In this document: piece by piece, positions 1 to 10,136 of the stretch | Layout: every line of letters starts with the position of its first letter | Position numbering within the stretch: position 1 is the first letter of the stretch | NCBI GenBank assembly: GCA_965660665.1 | Contig: CBFIAY010000003.1 | Location: 161,265-225,264, forward strand | DNA length: 64,000 nt | From: Roseivirga sp. | GTDB lineage: Bacteria > Bacteroidota > Bacteroidia > Cytophagales > Cyclobacteriaceae | Direction of reading: 5' to 3' | Made by a program: the position numbers and the translations under genes | The notes under the pieces: model-generated | What the model was told of the DNA's origin: nothing | The model's database searches: none | The model's input: the letters and a program-made list of their open reading frames with translations, nothing else

Positions 1-71
1 GAATTGACTCAAAGTGGGTTGGCAAAAGTTGAAAAGACCGAAGATGGTCTATTCATTCAATCCCTTTAGGA

Positions 72-2819
72 TTAATTAAATCCACCCTGATCGAACTGGC
101 TTCTGCGTCTACTGATCTTTAGGTCTTTAAGTGCAGAAGCTTTTATTTGGATGTCTATCGTGTAGGAAGTAAATGTTCCGAAGGGAATCCAGTTGGCGCG
201 CATTTCCCAACATCCTAGATCTCGGTAAAGACCAATTGAGGTTTGAACAAACTCTTTGACATCGAAGTCAAAGCCAGTATTATAAGTCACTTGCCATTTA
301 GGAGTAAGCTGTAATTGGCCATTTGCTCTTATCGTTTGTCTTGTTGTCGCCCCCGAACTTGACCATCGATAGTTGTAGTCATAACTCAGTCTAATGTTCC
401 AAGGAATATTGATGTCAACGTAGGAGTTGGGGTTATAAAAGTATTCAGGAATGGCAGTATTTCCTCCGTTATTAAGCGCTCCAAATTCATTAGGGTCTTC
501 GCCTGGAAAATCGCCCAATCCGCTCAAGGACTCATCACCTATCGAAGCGGCACCCCTTTGGCTCATAGATGAATTTGCTTGTGAATTAAGGTTGGTGCTC
601 AGGGAAAAGCGAGCAGTAGTAAGTTTTCCAAGGCCCTGCCCAGACCTTAGTGCCAATGCAGCTCTTCTCTCTGTTGAGGTAACCCCTTCGTTTGTAGAGG
701 TGATATAGCTGTAAGGATCTAATGATCCACCAATAATGATGCTAAGTTTTTTGTTAAATAGACTGGTTCTCGCATTAATGTTGATGTTAGATAACTGAAA
801 TGAGTCGGCTAGGAAGTTATAGGCGCCTGTCATTGATAAATTGTCAAGTATCGATACTTTCCTAGACTTAGCAGTATCACTCTTCACTTTCATTTCTAAC
901 TTATTACTCACCGAGAAACTTAAGGCTGCGGACTCACCTAAAGACGGAGATCCGAACCGGAACCCATCGTAAATAGAAAGTTGCCTAAAGGTACCAGTTC
1001 CAGTGGTGTCTGTTTGAACGGTTTGGTAGTAGCCAAATTTAGGGTCACTGAAGTCGGGTCTGTAAGTAAAGGCTACAGTAGGGGTTATGATATGCCGAAT
1101 CGCCTCAATCTTTCGGCTATTTTTGAATGGAATCATACCATAGATCTGAGTAGATAAACCCATGCTCGTACTGTAGGTCATGGCACGACTGAAAGTGTTA
1201 GTTGTGTCAATTCTTACTGCATTTTCATCAGGTAAGAACTCATAGTTTAATTCTTCTAGGTACCATAATTCCTCCACATTAAAAGAGGGGGTGAACGTCA
1301 GGTTGTCTAGAAATGAAAATGATGTAGAAAGATCAAAGTTGTGACGAGCACCATTCTTAGCATTGTCTAAAAGGTCAGGAAGACTGGCAAAGGTTACGGC
1401 AATCGTGTCGTTTGTAGTTGCCTTGTTAGCAATGTTAAACCCAGTGGTGCCAGGTTGGACTACATTTGTAATACGATTCGAAGCATTAAAGCGCCAGCCT
1501 AAATTCAGCCTTTTTAATATTTCTCCTTTGGCACTTTTGAATGGAGTCACCCTATTCATGGTCATCGAAAATTCAGGTAGGGAAATGTCTAGCACACCTG
1601 TTTGAACATTTTGATTATGTCTACCACTGATCGCATAGCTGAAAGGCGATCGAGGGATTACGCCACTAAAATTGACGTTTGATCTAAACTCAGACCTAAC
1701 ATTATTCTGAAAGTTGATAGTCGAAAGGTTATTTTGGTTATAAGTACTCGTACCTGCCGTTACACTAGCAGAAAACCTTGAGTTCCTGCCTTTTGAATCA
1801 GGTCTGTGAGACCACGAGACCCAAAAGTCTTTAGAGTCTAAGGGAACTTCATCCGTGTCGGGTGTTTTATTTCGGTTATAGCTAATGTCTAATGAACCAC
1901 TGTATTTGTATCGACTGTTATAGGCAGTCCTAAGTTTTAACCCCCAACTTCCTTTTGAGTAAATGTCTCCAGTGACTGCCGTATGAAACCTATCATTCCA
2001 TGCCTGATACCAACCGCCCTCTCTTAAAAAGATGCCCCTACGTTGCTCGTCACCATATTTCGGAAAAAGAATACCAGATTCATTAGAATCATCGGTATCA
2101 GGAAAGAAACCGAATGGCAAACCCAATGGGGTTGGAATCCCTCCTACATAAAGCAAGAAAGGCCCAGTAATAACACCTTTATCAGGGATAAGCTTAATTT
2201 TTTTTGCTTTGATATAGGTGCCCGCGTCAGGGTCGTCTAAACAGGGTATGTATTTTCCTTGTGATATATAGGCAGTTTCATCTGCATTCCTCTTGATTAC
2301 CTCTCCCCTGAGTAGTCCATCGGGTTGTTCTGTGGCTACACCTTTAATTCTAGCGCGTTGGGTCACGAAGTTATACCTGATCTCTTCTGTCTCATAAATT
2401 CCACCAGGATCCTTAAATATTGGTCGGCCTACCCAGAAACCTGTAGAATCTTGAACCCCGCGTGCCGTCAATTCGTTAGTATTGCGGTCGATAGTGATTT
2501 CAGCTGCTCTTAGATTGATGAGCCCATACTCAATTTTGGCATCACCATAGAGGTAGGTAATGTTTGTTTGAGTTTTATTGATGATAGAATCCTTGGCGTA
2601 ATATTTAATAGTTGTTTCTATGCCATTGACTACTATTTTTACCGAATCTTGAATGCCAGCTAGTGTATCTTTGTCGGCTGCGAGTTCCGTATTGAATGAA
2701 TTGGTACGGTTTTGAAGGGTAGTAAGTGAATCAGGCTTTACGCCATTGGTTTGCGCCTTCAAATTAAAAATTGAAATGAAGAGACAGAGCGAAAAAAATA
2801 TAATCCGTTTTGAGAGCAA
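72..2819 (-). CDS. lptD: LPS-assembly outer-membrane protein LptD (Bacteroidota type)
   Basis: ~920-aa ORF with signal peptide, OstA-like N-terminal part, beta-strand-rich body ending LKDLKISRR; sits divergently from amidase/mlaD. The ORF is open to 2894, but TTG at 2819 is the more plausible start. Confidence 0.85.
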   Translation of the reverse strand: MLSKRIIFFSLCLFISIFNLKAQTNGVKPDSLTTLQNRTNSFNTELAADKDTLAGIQDSVKIVVNGIETTIKYYAKDSIINKTQTNITYLYGDAKIEYGLINLRAAEITIDRNTNELTARGVQDSTGFWVGRPIFKDPGGIYETEEIRYNFVTQRARIKGVATEQPDGLLRGEVIKRNADETAYISQGKYIPCLDDPDAGTYIKAKKIKLIPDKGVITGPFLLYVGGIPTPLGLPFGFFPDTDDSNESGILFPKYGDEQRRGIFLREGGWYQAWNDRFHTAVTGDIYSKGSWGLKLRTAYNSRYKYSGSLDISYNRNKTPDTDEVPLDSKDFWVSWSHRPDSKGRNSRFSASVTAGTSTYNQNNLSTINFQNNVRSEFRSNVNFSGVIPRSPFSYAISGRHNQNVQTGVLDISLPEFSMTMNRVTPFKSAKGEILKRLNLGWRFNASNRITNVVQPGTTGFNIANKATTNDTIAVTFASLPDLLDNAKNGARHNFDLSTSFSFLDNLTFTPSFNVEELWYLEELNYEFLPDENAVRIDTTNTFSRAMTYSTSMGLSTQIYGMIPFKNSRKIEAIRHIITPTVAFTYRPDFSDPKFGYYQTVQTDTTGTGTFRQLSIYDGFRFGSPSLGESAALSFSVSNKLEMKVKSDTAKSRKVSILDNLSMTGAYNFLADSFQLSNININARTSLFNKKLSIIIGGSLDPYSYITSTNEGVTSTERRAALALRSGQGLGKLTTARFSLSTNLNSQANSSMSQRGAASIGDESLSGLGDFPGEDPNEFGALNNGGNTAIPEYFYNPNSYVDINIPWNIRLSYDYNYRWSSSGATTRQTIRANGQLQLTPKWQVTYNTGFDFDVKEFVQTSIGLYRDLGCWEMRANWIPFGTFTSYTIDIQIKASALKDLKISRRRSQFDQGGFN

Positions 2820-2895
2820 GCTATTTTTCGGTTTTACCGAAATTTTAAGATTTTTGCGTAAAGTTATTTTAATCGATCGTTTCATTCGCATCAAA

Positions 2896-3693
2896 GTGAA
2901 AAATTATAGCCTTCTGGTCATCTTTCTGTTGTTATTAACCTTTCAGACAAGTGCTATGCAAGCACCAGAAGGTGGGAAAAAGAAAAAGTATAAAGTGGTA
3001 CTTGATGCTGGGCATGGCGGAAAGGACCCAGGTACGCGAGGTAAGAATCTAAAAGAAAAGGACGTAGTCCTTCCAGTGACTTTATTAGTTGGTAAATACC
3101 TAGAAACGCTGTCTGATAACATTGAGGTGATTTATACGCGTACAGAAGATGAGTACAGTCATCCCAAAGTTCGTGCCATCATTGCCAATGACGCAGAGGC
3201 TGATTTATTCGTTTCAATTCATGCCAATGCGATGAATCCAGGATATGAGTCAGTTTCTGGAACTGAAGTTTTCGTCATGGGAACTAAGAACGAAGGGAGG
3301 AATTTTGAAGTTGCAAAGAGAGAAAACTCTGTAATCTTGCTTGAGGAAAACTACCAAGAAATTTATCAGGGCTTTGATCCGAACGCTCCAGAAGTTGATA
3401 TCATGGTCTCAATTCAACAAGAGGCCTTTCAAGAAAATAGCATTTTGCTCGCCTCGAATATAGATGAACAGTTTAAAAAGAGAGCTGGCCGAAAGAGCCG
3501 CGGTGTAAAGCAATCAAGTCTTTGGGTGCTTTGGAGCACTTCTATGCCTAGCGTTTTGGTGGAATTAGGTTATCTTACAAATCCTAAAGAAGAAAAAGAC
3601 TTAGGTAAGACAGAGGTTCAGGACTATATGGCCTCGGCTATTTTTAGGGCGATAAGGGATTATTTTGAATATTTAGAATCAATAGGAAACTAA
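2896..3693 (+). CDS. N-acetylmuramoyl-L-alanine amidase (Amidase_3)
   Basis: Motifs LDAGHGGKD, KEKD, SIHAN, LVELGY; GTG start at 2896 gives a clean signal peptide (the track's 2746 start overlaps lptD). Confidence 0.92.
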   Translation: MKNYSLLVIFLLLLTFQTSAMQAPEGGKKKKYKVVLDAGHGGKDPGTRGKNLKEKDVVLPVTLLVGKYLETLSDNIEVIYTRTEDEYSHPKVRAIIANDAEADLFVSIHANAMNPGYESVSGTEVFVMGTKNEGRNFEVAKRENSVILLEENYQEIYQGFDPNAPEVDIMVSIQQEAFQENSILLASNIDEQFKKRAGRKSRGVKQSSLWVLWSTSMPSVLVELGYLTNPKEEKDLGKTEVQDYMASAIFRAIRDYFEYLESIGN

Positions 3694-3697
3694 GCAA

Positions 3698-4672
3698 GTG
3701 AGAAGAGGTAAGGAATTCAAGGTAGGCTTATTTGTGGTGCTGACAGCTATCGCTCTCTATGTGGGTTTTAATTACCTCAGAGGGCTTGATGTATTTTCTC
3801 CATTTAATACCTACTACGTTGAATATCAGAACGTAAGTGGACTCAAGAAGGGAGATCGAGTAGTGCTCAGCGGTCTAGATGTTGGAAGTGTAATTGACAG
3901 GCGTTTTAGCGATAATAGCTATGACAATATCTTAGTCACTCTTGCCATTGACAATAGTATCAACCTTACTGACAGTACAGTTGCCAGGCTAACCAAACCA
4001 GATTTTTTAGGGGGTATAGAAATTAAATTGGTAATGAATCCCGGTAGTCGCCTCCTTGAAGTAGGAGAAATGCTGATTAGCGATATAGACGGTGGAATTA
4101 CAGAACTCTTAACAGAGGAAGGCCTCTCTGCAGCCAATTCACTTTCGGCTTTGGTAAATAAGATTAATAATGTTTTAGATCCATTTGTTGAGAAGTCAGA
4201 TAGTATTGGTAGGGCCATAGATAATTTCACTGAAGCATCTGAAAACGTAAAGAACTTAACAGGAAGATTAGAGGGTTCTCTAGACCTGATAGAGAATAGG
4301 ATTACTTGGCTTACGGACTCAATTACTCATGCATTGAGTGGTTTAAAACCTATGACAGAAGAGTATGCGAAATTGGGAGAGAAGCTTAATGCTATAGACC
4401 TTGAGTCGCGCTTAGTGAGTATGGATTCGTTATTACTGGGCACCAGAACCTTTATTGAAACATTGAATTCAAACGAGGGCACCCTAGGTAAGCTTATGTC
4501 TAACGACTCTCTTTATAATACCATGAATCAGACAATGGCTGATCTTGATAGTCTATTTATAGACCTCAGATACAACCCTAAGCGCTACATGCATTTCTCA
4601 GTATTTGGCAGAAAAAATAGAGGGCCAGCTGACGGAAGAGAGACCTCTGGGAAAAAGAAAAAAGACCGATAG
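3698..4672 (+). CDS. mlaD: MlaD/MCE family protein
   Basis: N-terminal TM after KEFKVG, MCE signature GLKKGDRVVLSGLDVGSV, helical tail ending DLRYNPKRY. Confidence 0.88.
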   Translation: MRRGKEFKVGLFVVLTAIALYVGFNYLRGLDVFSPFNTYYVEYQNVSGLKKGDRVVLSGLDVGSVIDRRFSDNSYDNILVTLAIDNSINLTDSTVARLTKPDFLGGIEIKLVMNPGSRLLEVGEMLISDIDGGITELLTEEGLSAANSLSALVNKINNVLDPFVEKSDSIGRAIDNFTEASENVKNLTGRLEGSLDLIENRITWLTDSITHALSGLKPMTEEYAKLGEKLNAIDLESRLVSMDSLLLGTRTFIETLNSNEGTLGKLMSNDSLYNTMNQTMADLDSLFIDLRYNPKRYMHFSVFGRKNRGPADGRETSGKKKKDR

Positions 4673-4693
4673 ACTTTTCAGTCTTGAAAAGTC
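4672..4693. promoter_or_regulatory. Perfect 9-bp inverted repeat between mlaD and the carboxylase gene
   Basis: GACTTTTCA-GTCT-TGAAAAGTC; no U-tract follows, so it is a weak terminator or an operator. Confidence 0.45.
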
Positions 4694-4769
4694 CACTTCT
4701 TGGGTCTAATTTTAGTCACGCGTAAACTACTACATGGAATTGCCATTAATTTGGCATAAACGAGGCTAA

Positions 4770-6398
4770 ATGGATATTGAATTCAATAAGAATCAAGACG
4801 AAATGCAACAACTGATCTTTCAGTTAGACACACGACTTAAAAAAGTCAAACTGGGTGGAGGAGAAACAAAAATTACCAAACAACACGATAAAGGTAAGCT
4901 CACGGCTCGTGAGCGAGTTGATTATCTAATCGATAGCCCTAAAGATTTCTTGGAGATCGGAGCATTTGTGGGTGACGGCATGTATCAAGAATACGGAGGT
5001 TGTCCTTCAGGAGGTGTTGTAACAGGCATTGGTAGCGTGAGGGGCCGAACATGTGTGATTGTAGCTAACGATGCTACAGTTAAAGCTGGTGCTTGGTTTC
5101 CTATTACGGCTAAGAAAAACATGCGTGCCCAAGAGGTTGCCATGGAGAATCATTTGCCGATAATCTATTTGGTTGACAGCGCTGGGGTTTTTCTACCACT
5201 CCAAGACGAGATTTTTCCGGATAAGGAACATTTTGGTAGACAGTTTCGCAACAATGCGAAGATGTCTTCAATGGGTATTATTCAAGTCGCGGCCATTATG
5301 GGTAGTTGCGTGGCTGGTGGGGCATATCTGCCTATTATGAGTGATGAAGCTGCCATTGTTGATAAAACGGGCTCCATCTTTCTGGCGGGTTCCTACTTAG
5401 TAAAAGCAGCTGTAGGTGAAACAATAGATAACGAAACACTTGGAGGAGCTACCACACACTGTGAAATCTCTGGCGTGACTGATAATAAGTTTCCAAATGA
5501 TAAGGCTTGCCTAGACTACATCAAGAATATCTTCGATAAGGTAGGTGCATTTGAGAACGCTGGTTTCGATCGTGCTGAAGCGAAGCCACCAAAGCTTGAT
5601 CCTAAAGAGATGTTAGGCATCATGCCTTTGGATAGAACCAAACCTTATGATGTACGAGAATTAATCAAACGCATGGTCGATGATTCTGAATTTGATGAAT
5701 ACAAAGAAAAGTATGGTCAGACCATAGTATGTGGTTATGCACGTGTCGATGGATGGGCTGTGGGAATTGTCGCGAACCAACGCATCGTTGTTAAGTCTAA
5801 GAAAGGCGAGATGCAGATGGGTGGCGTTATCTATTCTGATTCTGCTGATAAGTCAGCGCGCTTCATTATGAACTGTAACCAAAGGAAAATACCATTGGTT
5901 TTTATTCAGGATGTCAGTGGGTTTATGGTTGGTAGTCGTGCCGAACATGGTGGAATCATAAAGGATGGTGCTAAAATGGTGAATGCTATGGCTAATTCTG
6001 TCGTACCAAAGTTTACCATCATCACCGGAAATTCATTTGGTGCTGGTAATTATGCCATGTGTGGCAAGGCTTACGATCCTCGTTTGATTTACGCATGGCC
6101 AACAGCTCAAATTGCAGTAATGAGTGGGGCATCAGCAGCTAAAACGCTACTTCAAATTAAAGTATCCACACTAAAGGCACAAGGGAAAGAAATTACGCCT
6201 GAGGCAGAGAAAAAATTATTAGATGATATAACCGCTAGCTATAATGAGCAGATGAGTCCATATTATGCAGCTTCTAGGCTTTGGGTAGACGGTATCATCA
6301 ACCCATTAGAGACAAGAAATGTCATTTCGAAAGGGATTGAAGTAGCGAATCAATCGCCAATCACTGAGAAATTTAATGTAGGAGTGATTCAGACTTAA
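4770..6398 (+). CDS. Acyl-CoA carboxylase carboxyltransferase (beta) subunit, methylcrotonyl/propionyl-CoA type
   Basis: KLTARER, ANDATVKAG, DSAGVFLP, GSCVAGGAY, GNSFGAGNYAMCG; 542 aa. Confidence 0.92.
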   Translation: MDIEFNKNQDEMQQLIFQLDTRLKKVKLGGGETKITKQHDKGKLTARERVDYLIDSPKDFLEIGAFVGDGMYQEYGGCPSGGVVTGIGSVRGRTCVIVANDATVKAGAWFPITAKKNMRAQEVAMENHLPIIYLVDSAGVFLPLQDEIFPDKEHFGRQFRNNAKMSSMGIIQVAAIMGSCVAGGAYLPIMSDEAAIVDKTGSIFLAGSYLVKAAVGETIDNETLGGATTHCEISGVTDNKFPNDKACLDYIKNIFDKVGAFENAGFDRAEAKPPKLDPKEMLGIMPLDRTKPYDVRELIKRMVDDSEFDEYKEKYGQTIVCGYARVDGWAVGIVANQRIVVKSKKGEMQMGGVIYSDSADKSARFIMNCNQRKIPLVFIQDVSGFMVGSRAEHGGIIKDGAKMVNAMANSVVPKFTIITGNSFGAGNYAMCGKAYDPRLIYAWPTAQIAVMSGASAAKTLLQIKVSTLKAQGKEITPEAEKKLLDDITASYNEQMSPYYAASRLWVDGIINPLETRNVISKGIEVANQSPITEKFNVGVIQT

Positions 6399-6400
6399 GT

Positions 6401-7261
6401 ATGTCAGAAGGAGAGAATCTGAATAATAAAGAGCTTAAAGCAATGGTCTCGTTGTTAGACGAGGACGACTTTGAAATTGTCGAACATGTTGAGGACAAGA
6501 TCAAGGCTATGGGTACCTACATTATTCCTTATCTGGAGTTTGAATGGGAGAATAGCTTTAACCCTGTCATTCAGAAACGTATTGAAGACCTAGTGCATAA
6601 ACTCCAGTTTGAGTTACTCAAAGAAAAGCTTTATGCCTGGAGAGTCAATGGTGGTAAAGACCTATTAGAAGGTGTTTGGCTAGTCAATACCTATCAATAT
6701 CCCGATTTAGAATACGAGCAGTTGAGTAAGGAGCTAGAGCAACTTTATTACGAGGCATGGCTTGAGTTTAAAGCAGAAATTCATCCTGTAGATCAGATTA
6801 AGATTCTCAATTCAGTGCTCTTTGGTAAGCTCCACTTTGGCGCCAATACTAAGAACTTTCATTCACCAGGTAACTCCATGTTAAGTGTCGTGCTGCAGAC
6901 TAAGAAAGGCAATCCAATTTCACTCTGCATCATTTATATGTTGGTTGCCCAAAAGCTGAAAATGCCAGTTTTCGGTGTGAACTTGCCAAATCTTTTTGTG
7001 ATGACTTACAAACAAGACAATGTTCAGTTTTATGTGAATGCATTTAATCGTGGACTCGTTTTCTCTCGGAAGGAATTAGATGAGTACATCGCCAACCTGA
7101 AACTATCCCCAAATGACGTGTTCTATGAGCCCTGCAGCCATATAGATATTGTGGTTCGTATGTTAAGAAATTTGATTAATTCCCATGAGAAATTAGGGCA
7201 CACCGAACGCGTGGATGAAATTAAGACCTTATTGAATATTGCCGAAAAGGGAGTTGAGTAA
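6401..7261 (+). CDS. SirB1/transglutaminase-like domain protein
   Basis: FHSPGNSMLSVVLQTKKGNPISL, GVNLPNLF, RMLRNL pattern. Confidence 0.8.
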   Translation: MSEGENLNNKELKAMVSLLDEDDFEIVEHVEDKIKAMGTYIIPYLEFEWENSFNPVIQKRIEDLVHKLQFELLKEKLYAWRVNGGKDLLEGVWLVNTYQYPDLEYEQLSKELEQLYYEAWLEFKAEIHPVDQIKILNSVLFGKLHFGANTKNFHSPGNSMLSVVLQTKKGNPISLCIIYMLVAQKLKMPVFGVNLPNLFVMTYKQDNVQFYVNAFNRGLVFSRKELDEYIANLKLSPNDVFYEPCSHIDIVVRMLRNLINSHEKLGHTERVDEIKTLLNIAEKGVE

Positions 7262-7264
7262 GCG

Positions 7265-7888
7265 TTAGTAGGCACAACATAAGTGCACATTGTCAAGCGC
7301 TTCGTATCTCAGTTTGTAGGTAGATTTAGAGTTGTTCTCAAGGATCATTCCTTGAACTTCACGTGCACTAATAAAGTCTGAAATCACTAGTTGCTCGGCA
7401 AAGATGAGCTGAGTTCTGCCATGCAATTTGTATAACGCCTCTTTTGCAGTCCATATTTTCGTGAGCTTCTCCCCATCACCAGCGACCCAAGAGGCTTCTG
7501 ATTCATGTAAGAACTTATGGGCAATCCGATGGATTTGTGCTCTTTCTGTTTCGATGTCGATACCGACCTCACCTTGCAGATTAATTGCTGCGGCCCCAAA
7601 ACCCTTGGCATGTGACACCGAAATGCCAATGGGAGTATCTTTTAAATGAGGTTTTCCGAACTCGTCTTTGTAAATATAAAATTGACCTATTTCTTTCACT
7701 AAGAACTTCAGTGCTGTTCGTGCGCCTAGCCACTCAAGCCGTTTAGCAGCAATTTTCACAGAATCCAAATCAGCTTTTTCCTCCTCATTAAGGTTCAGGT
7801 GTTGCAGCAGTTCGTCTTCGGTTTCGGTGATTTCCCATACGATATAGGAGACATCACAATTGATCGAAGATTTATGGGCAATTGGCAT
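7265..7888 (-). CDS. 4'-phosphopantetheinyl transferase (Sfp type)
   Basis: GKPHL, SVSHA, GIDIE, WTAKEALYK. Confidence 0.9.
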   Translation of the reverse strand: MPIAHKSSINCDVSYIVWEITETEDELLQHLNLNEEEKADLDSVKIAAKRLEWLGARTALKFLVKEIGQFYIYKDEFGKPHLKDTPIGISVSHAKGFGAAAINLQGEVGIDIETERAQIHRIAHKFLHESEASWVAGDGEKLTKIWTAKEALYKLHGRTQLIFAEQLVISDFISAREVQGMILENNSKSTYKLRYEALDNVHLCCAY

Positions 7889-7959
7889 GAATAATTAATG
7901 AATGCTCGTTCTTGATTGACTAATTTTACCTTAAATCGAAGATACTAGCTTTTTCATTG

Positions 7960-8871
7960 ATGTCTAAAATCGAAGTCAATAAAGTCAATACCGTAGGAGG
8001 CCATTCTGATTGTGTTTACACGCTTGAACAAGGCCCAAAACCTAACCAATTCTTCTCCTCAGGAGGAGACGGGGTTGTTGCGCTGTGGGATCTAAATGAC
8101 ATGGACAACGGCCGTATGATTGTAAAAGTGCCAAGTTCCGTCTATGCCCTTTGTTACTATGCAACACGGAATGTACTGATTGTCGGGCAAAATTTTGATG
8201 GCATTCATTTAGTTGATCTTGAGAAAAAGGAAGAGGTTGGTTCTATTAAGTTAGGCTCCAGTGCCATCTTCGATATCAAAGTAGTGAAGGACCGTATCTT
8301 TGCAACCTTGGCCAGTGGCCAAGTACATGTGCTCAACCTCAGGACATTAGAAACCATTCACGTGATTGAGGCTTCTGAAATGAGCGCAAGAACAATAGCC
8401 ATATCTGAGCACTTAGACCACCTAGCGATCGGCTTTAGCGACAATTTCATTCGCATCTATAGTTTGGTTGATTTCAGTTTAATCAAAGAAATCAAAGCAC
8501 ACAAACTTTCGGTCTTCACTGTACAATATTCTCCTGATCAGCGTTATCTCATTAGCGGAAGTCGGGATGCCCATCTAAAAATATGGAATACTGAAAAAGG
8601 TTATGAATTGCAGGAGTCTATAGTGGCGCATATGTTTGCAATTAACCATTTGGTTTTTAGCCCTGATAGCAAACATTTTGTAACTTGTAGTATGGATAAG
8701 TCCATTAAGGTCTGGGATGCCAAGACTTTCCAACTCCTGAAAGTGATTGATAAAGCAAGACATGCAGGCCACGGTACTTCGATCAATAAAGTGCTTTGGA
8801 CAAACTTCAACAACCTTTTATTGTCGGCCAGTGATGACCGGAGTATATCAACCTGGGATATCAAATTTTAA
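7960..8871 (+). CDS. WD40-repeat beta-propeller protein
   Basis: Repeated GH...SxxxDxxxxxW(D/N) units (GHSDCV...LWD; AHKLSV...SGSRDAHLKIWN; AHMFAI...SMDKSIKVWD; GHGTSI...ASDDRSISTWD). Confidence 0.9.
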   Translation: MSKIEVNKVNTVGGHSDCVYTLEQGPKPNQFFSSGGDGVVALWDLNDMDNGRMIVKVPSSVYALCYYATRNVLIVGQNFDGIHLVDLEKKEEVGSIKLGSSAIFDIKVVKDRIFATLASGQVHVLNLRTLETIHVIEASEMSARTIAISEHLDHLAIGFSDNFIRIYSLVDFSLIKEIKAHKLSVFTVQYSPDQRYLISGSRDAHLKIWNTEKGYELQESIVAHMFAINHLVFSPDSKHFVTCSMDKSIKVWDAKTFQLLKVIDKARHAGHGTSINKVLWTNFNNLLLSASDDRSISTWDIKF

Positions 8872-8883
8872 TTTTCGGTAAGC

Positions 8884-9750
8884 ATGAACATTACACCGCT
8901 AGAGATTAGGCAAAAAGAATTCGAAAAGGGATTTCGTGGTTATGATAAAGATGAGGTCAGCGCATTTCTGAACTCACTTTCCGTTGAGTGGGAAAGACTT
9001 TATGACCAGAATAAAGAGCTGAAATATAAACTTGAAGCTTCAGAGAATGAAGTGAAGAAGTTGCGAGAAGTGGAGAACTCCTTATTCAAAACTTTGAAGA
9101 CGGCCGAAGATACTGGTGCGAACATGGTAGAGCAGGCGACCAAGACTGCCGAACTCCACATGAAGGAAACCGAAATGAGAGCCGATGGCCTGATGAGCGA
9201 AGCCAAGTCTAGGGCCCGATCAATCATTGAGGAAGCCGAGAATAGATCGAGCATTATCATTGACGACATGGAAGATGAGATACGCCAGCTTGAGCAAGTT
9301 TTTAGGAGTATGAATGCAAATAAAGACTCTCTAATGTCTGAATTGAAGTTACTAGCAGAGGATATCCTGAATAAACTTCAGAGACACCAAGATTTTCCAA
9401 GTGACATTAAGCCTCATTTGAAGAAAGCTAAGGAACTCGGTAGAGAAATGAATGACAATAGCGATAAGCCGATCAGTGTCGAAGGCATACTATTAGAAAA
9501 TGAACACAAGGCCGCTGAAGAGAGTATAGATGAAATGGTGGAGGCGACAGAAGAAGATACCCAGACAGAGCCAATAGCTGAAATGACACCAGAAATCGAG
9601 GAGGTTGGATCAGAACCAGTGATTGAAGAAATAGAAGAAGCTCCAATAGCCGAAGAGACTCAAGAAGGAGAATTAAACGAAGAAGTTCAAGCAAAAGACA
9701 TCATCGAAGAAGATAAAGAGAAGAGTTCCTTCTTCGATAAGTTTGAGTGA
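8884..9750 (+). CDS. DivIVA domain-containing protein
   Basis: ITPLEIRQKEFEKGFRGYDKDEV N-terminus, coiled coil, acidic low-complexity tail. Confidence 0.9.
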   Translation: MNITPLEIRQKEFEKGFRGYDKDEVSAFLNSLSVEWERLYDQNKELKYKLEASENEVKKLREVENSLFKTLKTAEDTGANMVEQATKTAELHMKETEMRADGLMSEAKSRARSIIEEAENRSSIIIDDMEDEIRQLEQVFRSMNANKDSLMSELKLLAEDILNKLQRHQDFPSDIKPHLKKAKELGREMNDNSDKPISVEGILLENEHKAAEESIDEMVEATEEDTQTEPIAEMTPEIEEVGSEPVIEEIEEAPIAEETQEGELNEEVQAKDIIEEDKEKSSFFDKFE

Positions 9751-10114
9751 GATGAACAAAGATATCGTTTCATTGGAAGGCATGGAATTCTATGCCTTTC
9801 ATGGTTTTTACGAGGAAGAAAGAGAGAAAGGCAATGACTTTGTAGTTGACGTGCACGTAACTACCGATTTTGCCTTTGCCTCAGAACATGATGACCTTGA
9901 AGGTACAGTCAATTACGAGGCCATCTACGCCATTACTAAAGAAGAAATGGCTATACCCACAAAACTATTAGAACGCGTTGCTCAGCGAATCCTAGATCGG
10001 CTTTTTTACGCTTTTAGTAAGGTTTCGACTATAGAAATTTCAGTAGCCAAAAAGAATCCTCCTGTAGGTGGTCAGGTGAAGCAATCTCGAATAACAATGA
10101 TCCGTCACAAATAG
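9743..10114 (+). CDS. folB: Dihydroneopterin aldolase
   Basis: FYAFHG, TVNY, LLE, KKNPPVGG. Confidence 0.93.
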   Translation: MSEMNKDIVSLEGMEFYAFHGFYEEEREKGNDFVVDVHVTTDFAFASEHDDLEGTVNYEAIYAITKEEMAIPTKLLERVAQRILDRLFYAFSKVSTIEISVAKKNPPVGGQVKQSRITMIRHK

Positions 10115-10136
10115 TACTTCTCATCAGTACAGTATA

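Noticed and set aside
9470-9750. GAA-rich low-complexity tract and antisense ORF 9473-9694
   Set aside because: Explained by the Glu-rich DivIVA tail.
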